Under the pieces are notes generated by a model. It was not told where the DNA came from. It saw only the letters and a program-made list of their open reading frames with translations, and made no database searches. Both the position numbers and the translations under genes were made by a program. Shown here piece after piece: positions 62,933 to 64,000 of a stretch of 64,000 nucleotides of DNA. The DNA is from an uncultured Actinomycetes bacterium. GTDB taxonomy: Bacteria > Actinomycetota > Acidimicrobiia > IMCC26256 > JACDBD01. Where the stretch lies: contig CAVVDV010000002.1 in assembly GCA_963747195.1 (NCBI GenBank), positions 351,750 to 415,749 of the forward strand, in the 5' to 3' direction. Position 1 is the stretch's first letter. Every line of letters starts with the position of its first letter.

Positions 62933-64000
62933 GTGCGGAGCGAGGTCACGTGGCCGACGGTCCCTGCCATGGTCCGGGACGCCGCGGGTCGCTTCGGCGA
63001 CGCGGAGGCCGTGGTGGACGGCACCCGGCGCGTCGACTTCGCCACGCTCTCGGCGACTGGTTACCGACGCCGCGCGCGCGCTCCTCGCGTCGGGTGTCCG
63101 GCGTGGCGACCGGGTCGCGGTGTGGGCGCCGAACTCGCTCGAGTGGATCGTCGCCGCGCTCGGCGTGACGACGGCCGGCGGGGTGCTCGTCCCCGTCAAC
63201 ACCCGGTTCCGCGGCCCCGAAGCGGCGTTCGTCCTCGCCGCGCAGCGGCGCCCGCGCCTTGTTCACGGTGCGCGGGTTCCTCGACACCGACTACCCGGCG
63301 CTGCTCGCCGCCGCCGGCGTCCCGCTCCCGGCGCTCGAGCGCACCATCCTCCTGTCGGGTGACGCGGATGCGCGCGTCGGTGGCGTGGGACGAGTTCCTC
63401 GCAGCCGGTCGTTCCGTGCGTGACGCGGACGTCGACGAGCGACTCGAGTCCATCGGCCCCGACGATCCGAGCGACGTCGTCTTCACGTCGGGGACGACGG
63501 GGGAGCCGAAGGGCGTGGTGATGACGCACGGCCAGACGCTGCGCGCCTACCTCGACTGGTGCGACTGGGCCGACCTGCGCCCGGGTGACCGCTACCTGAT
63601 CGCGAACCCGTTCTTCCACATCTTCGGCTACAAGGCCGGTTGCCTCGCCTCGCTCATGCGCGGCGCCACCATCGTCCCGCTCGCCGTGTTCGACCCCGGC
63701 GTCGTGCTCGAGCTCGTCGAGCGCGAACGGATCTCGGTGCTGCCGGGACCGCCGACCATCTATCAGTCGCTGCTCGAGCACGGCGATCGCGATCGGCGCG
63801 ACATCTCGAGCCTGCGCCTCGCGGTGACCGGCGCGGCCGACATCCCCGTCGAGCTCATCCGACGCGTTCGGGAGGAGCTCCCGTTCGAGCGCATCCTCAC
63901 CGGGTACGGGCTCACCGAAGCCGGCACGGTCACCGGCAGCAAGCCCGACGACGACTTCGAGCACATTGCGGCCACGGTCGGTGTCCCGTGGCCCGGCTTC
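62933..64000 (+). CDS. FadD3-like acyl-CoA ligase (frameshifts; 3' truncated by window)
   Basis: [43 protein letters not shown]. Confidence 0.87.
   Translation, partial: MRSEVTWPTVPAMVRDAAGRFGDAEAVVDGTRRVDFATLSATGYRRRARAPRVGCPAWRPGRGVGAELARVDRRRARRDDGRRGARPRQHPVPRPRSGVRPRRAAAPAPCSRCAGSSTPTTRRCSPPPASRSRRSSAPSSCRVTRMRASVAWDEFLAAGRSVRDADVDERLESIGPDDPSDVVFTSGTTGEPKGVVMTHGQTLRAYLDWCDWADLRPGDRYLIANPFFHIFGYKAGCLASLMRGATIVPLAVFDPGVVLELVERERISVLPGPPTIYQSLLEHGDRDRRDISSLRLAVTGAADIPVELIRRVREELPFERILTGYGLTEAGTVTGSKPDDDFEHIAATVGVPWPGF

Overview
Very GC-rich actinobacterial DNA; an Acidimicrobiia-like origin is inferred from gene content. Many genes carry single-base frameshifts, most likely long-read consensus errors, so several ORF-track fusions and fragments are artefacts and coordinates were rebuilt by hand. 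Layout: (1) 1-9.9 kb, anaerobic-type cobalamin operon behind a B12 riboswitch, with an embedded ferredoxin, no visible cbiJ/cobK and two candidate cobalt uptake systems; (2) 9.9-18 kb, mixed genes (orphan DNA methyltransferase, DMT, CcdA, crotonase, AlkB-like, TPP enzyme, FAD oxidase); (3) initiator tRNA-Met followed by an ~8 kb metal/oxyanion-related block with split ChrB genes but no chrA, plus MFS, ABM, a DUF2148-like Fe-S protein, small membrane proteins and two CDF-type transporters; (4) a secreted PHM-like copper monooxygenase fused to a cupredoxin, and an M23 peptidase; (5) 29.4-50 kb, catabolic cluster marked by a repeated TGTACCGnnCGGTACA operator and interrupted by a hydrolase plus a DUF4062-STAND ATPase; (6) 50-64 kb, second catabolic cluster with a GAGAAnnnnnTTCTC-like operator, a B12 acyl-CoA mutase with a remodelled active site, a Rieske oxygenase and an atypical amidohydrolase. 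All family calls come from motif recognition by eye; no database searches were run.
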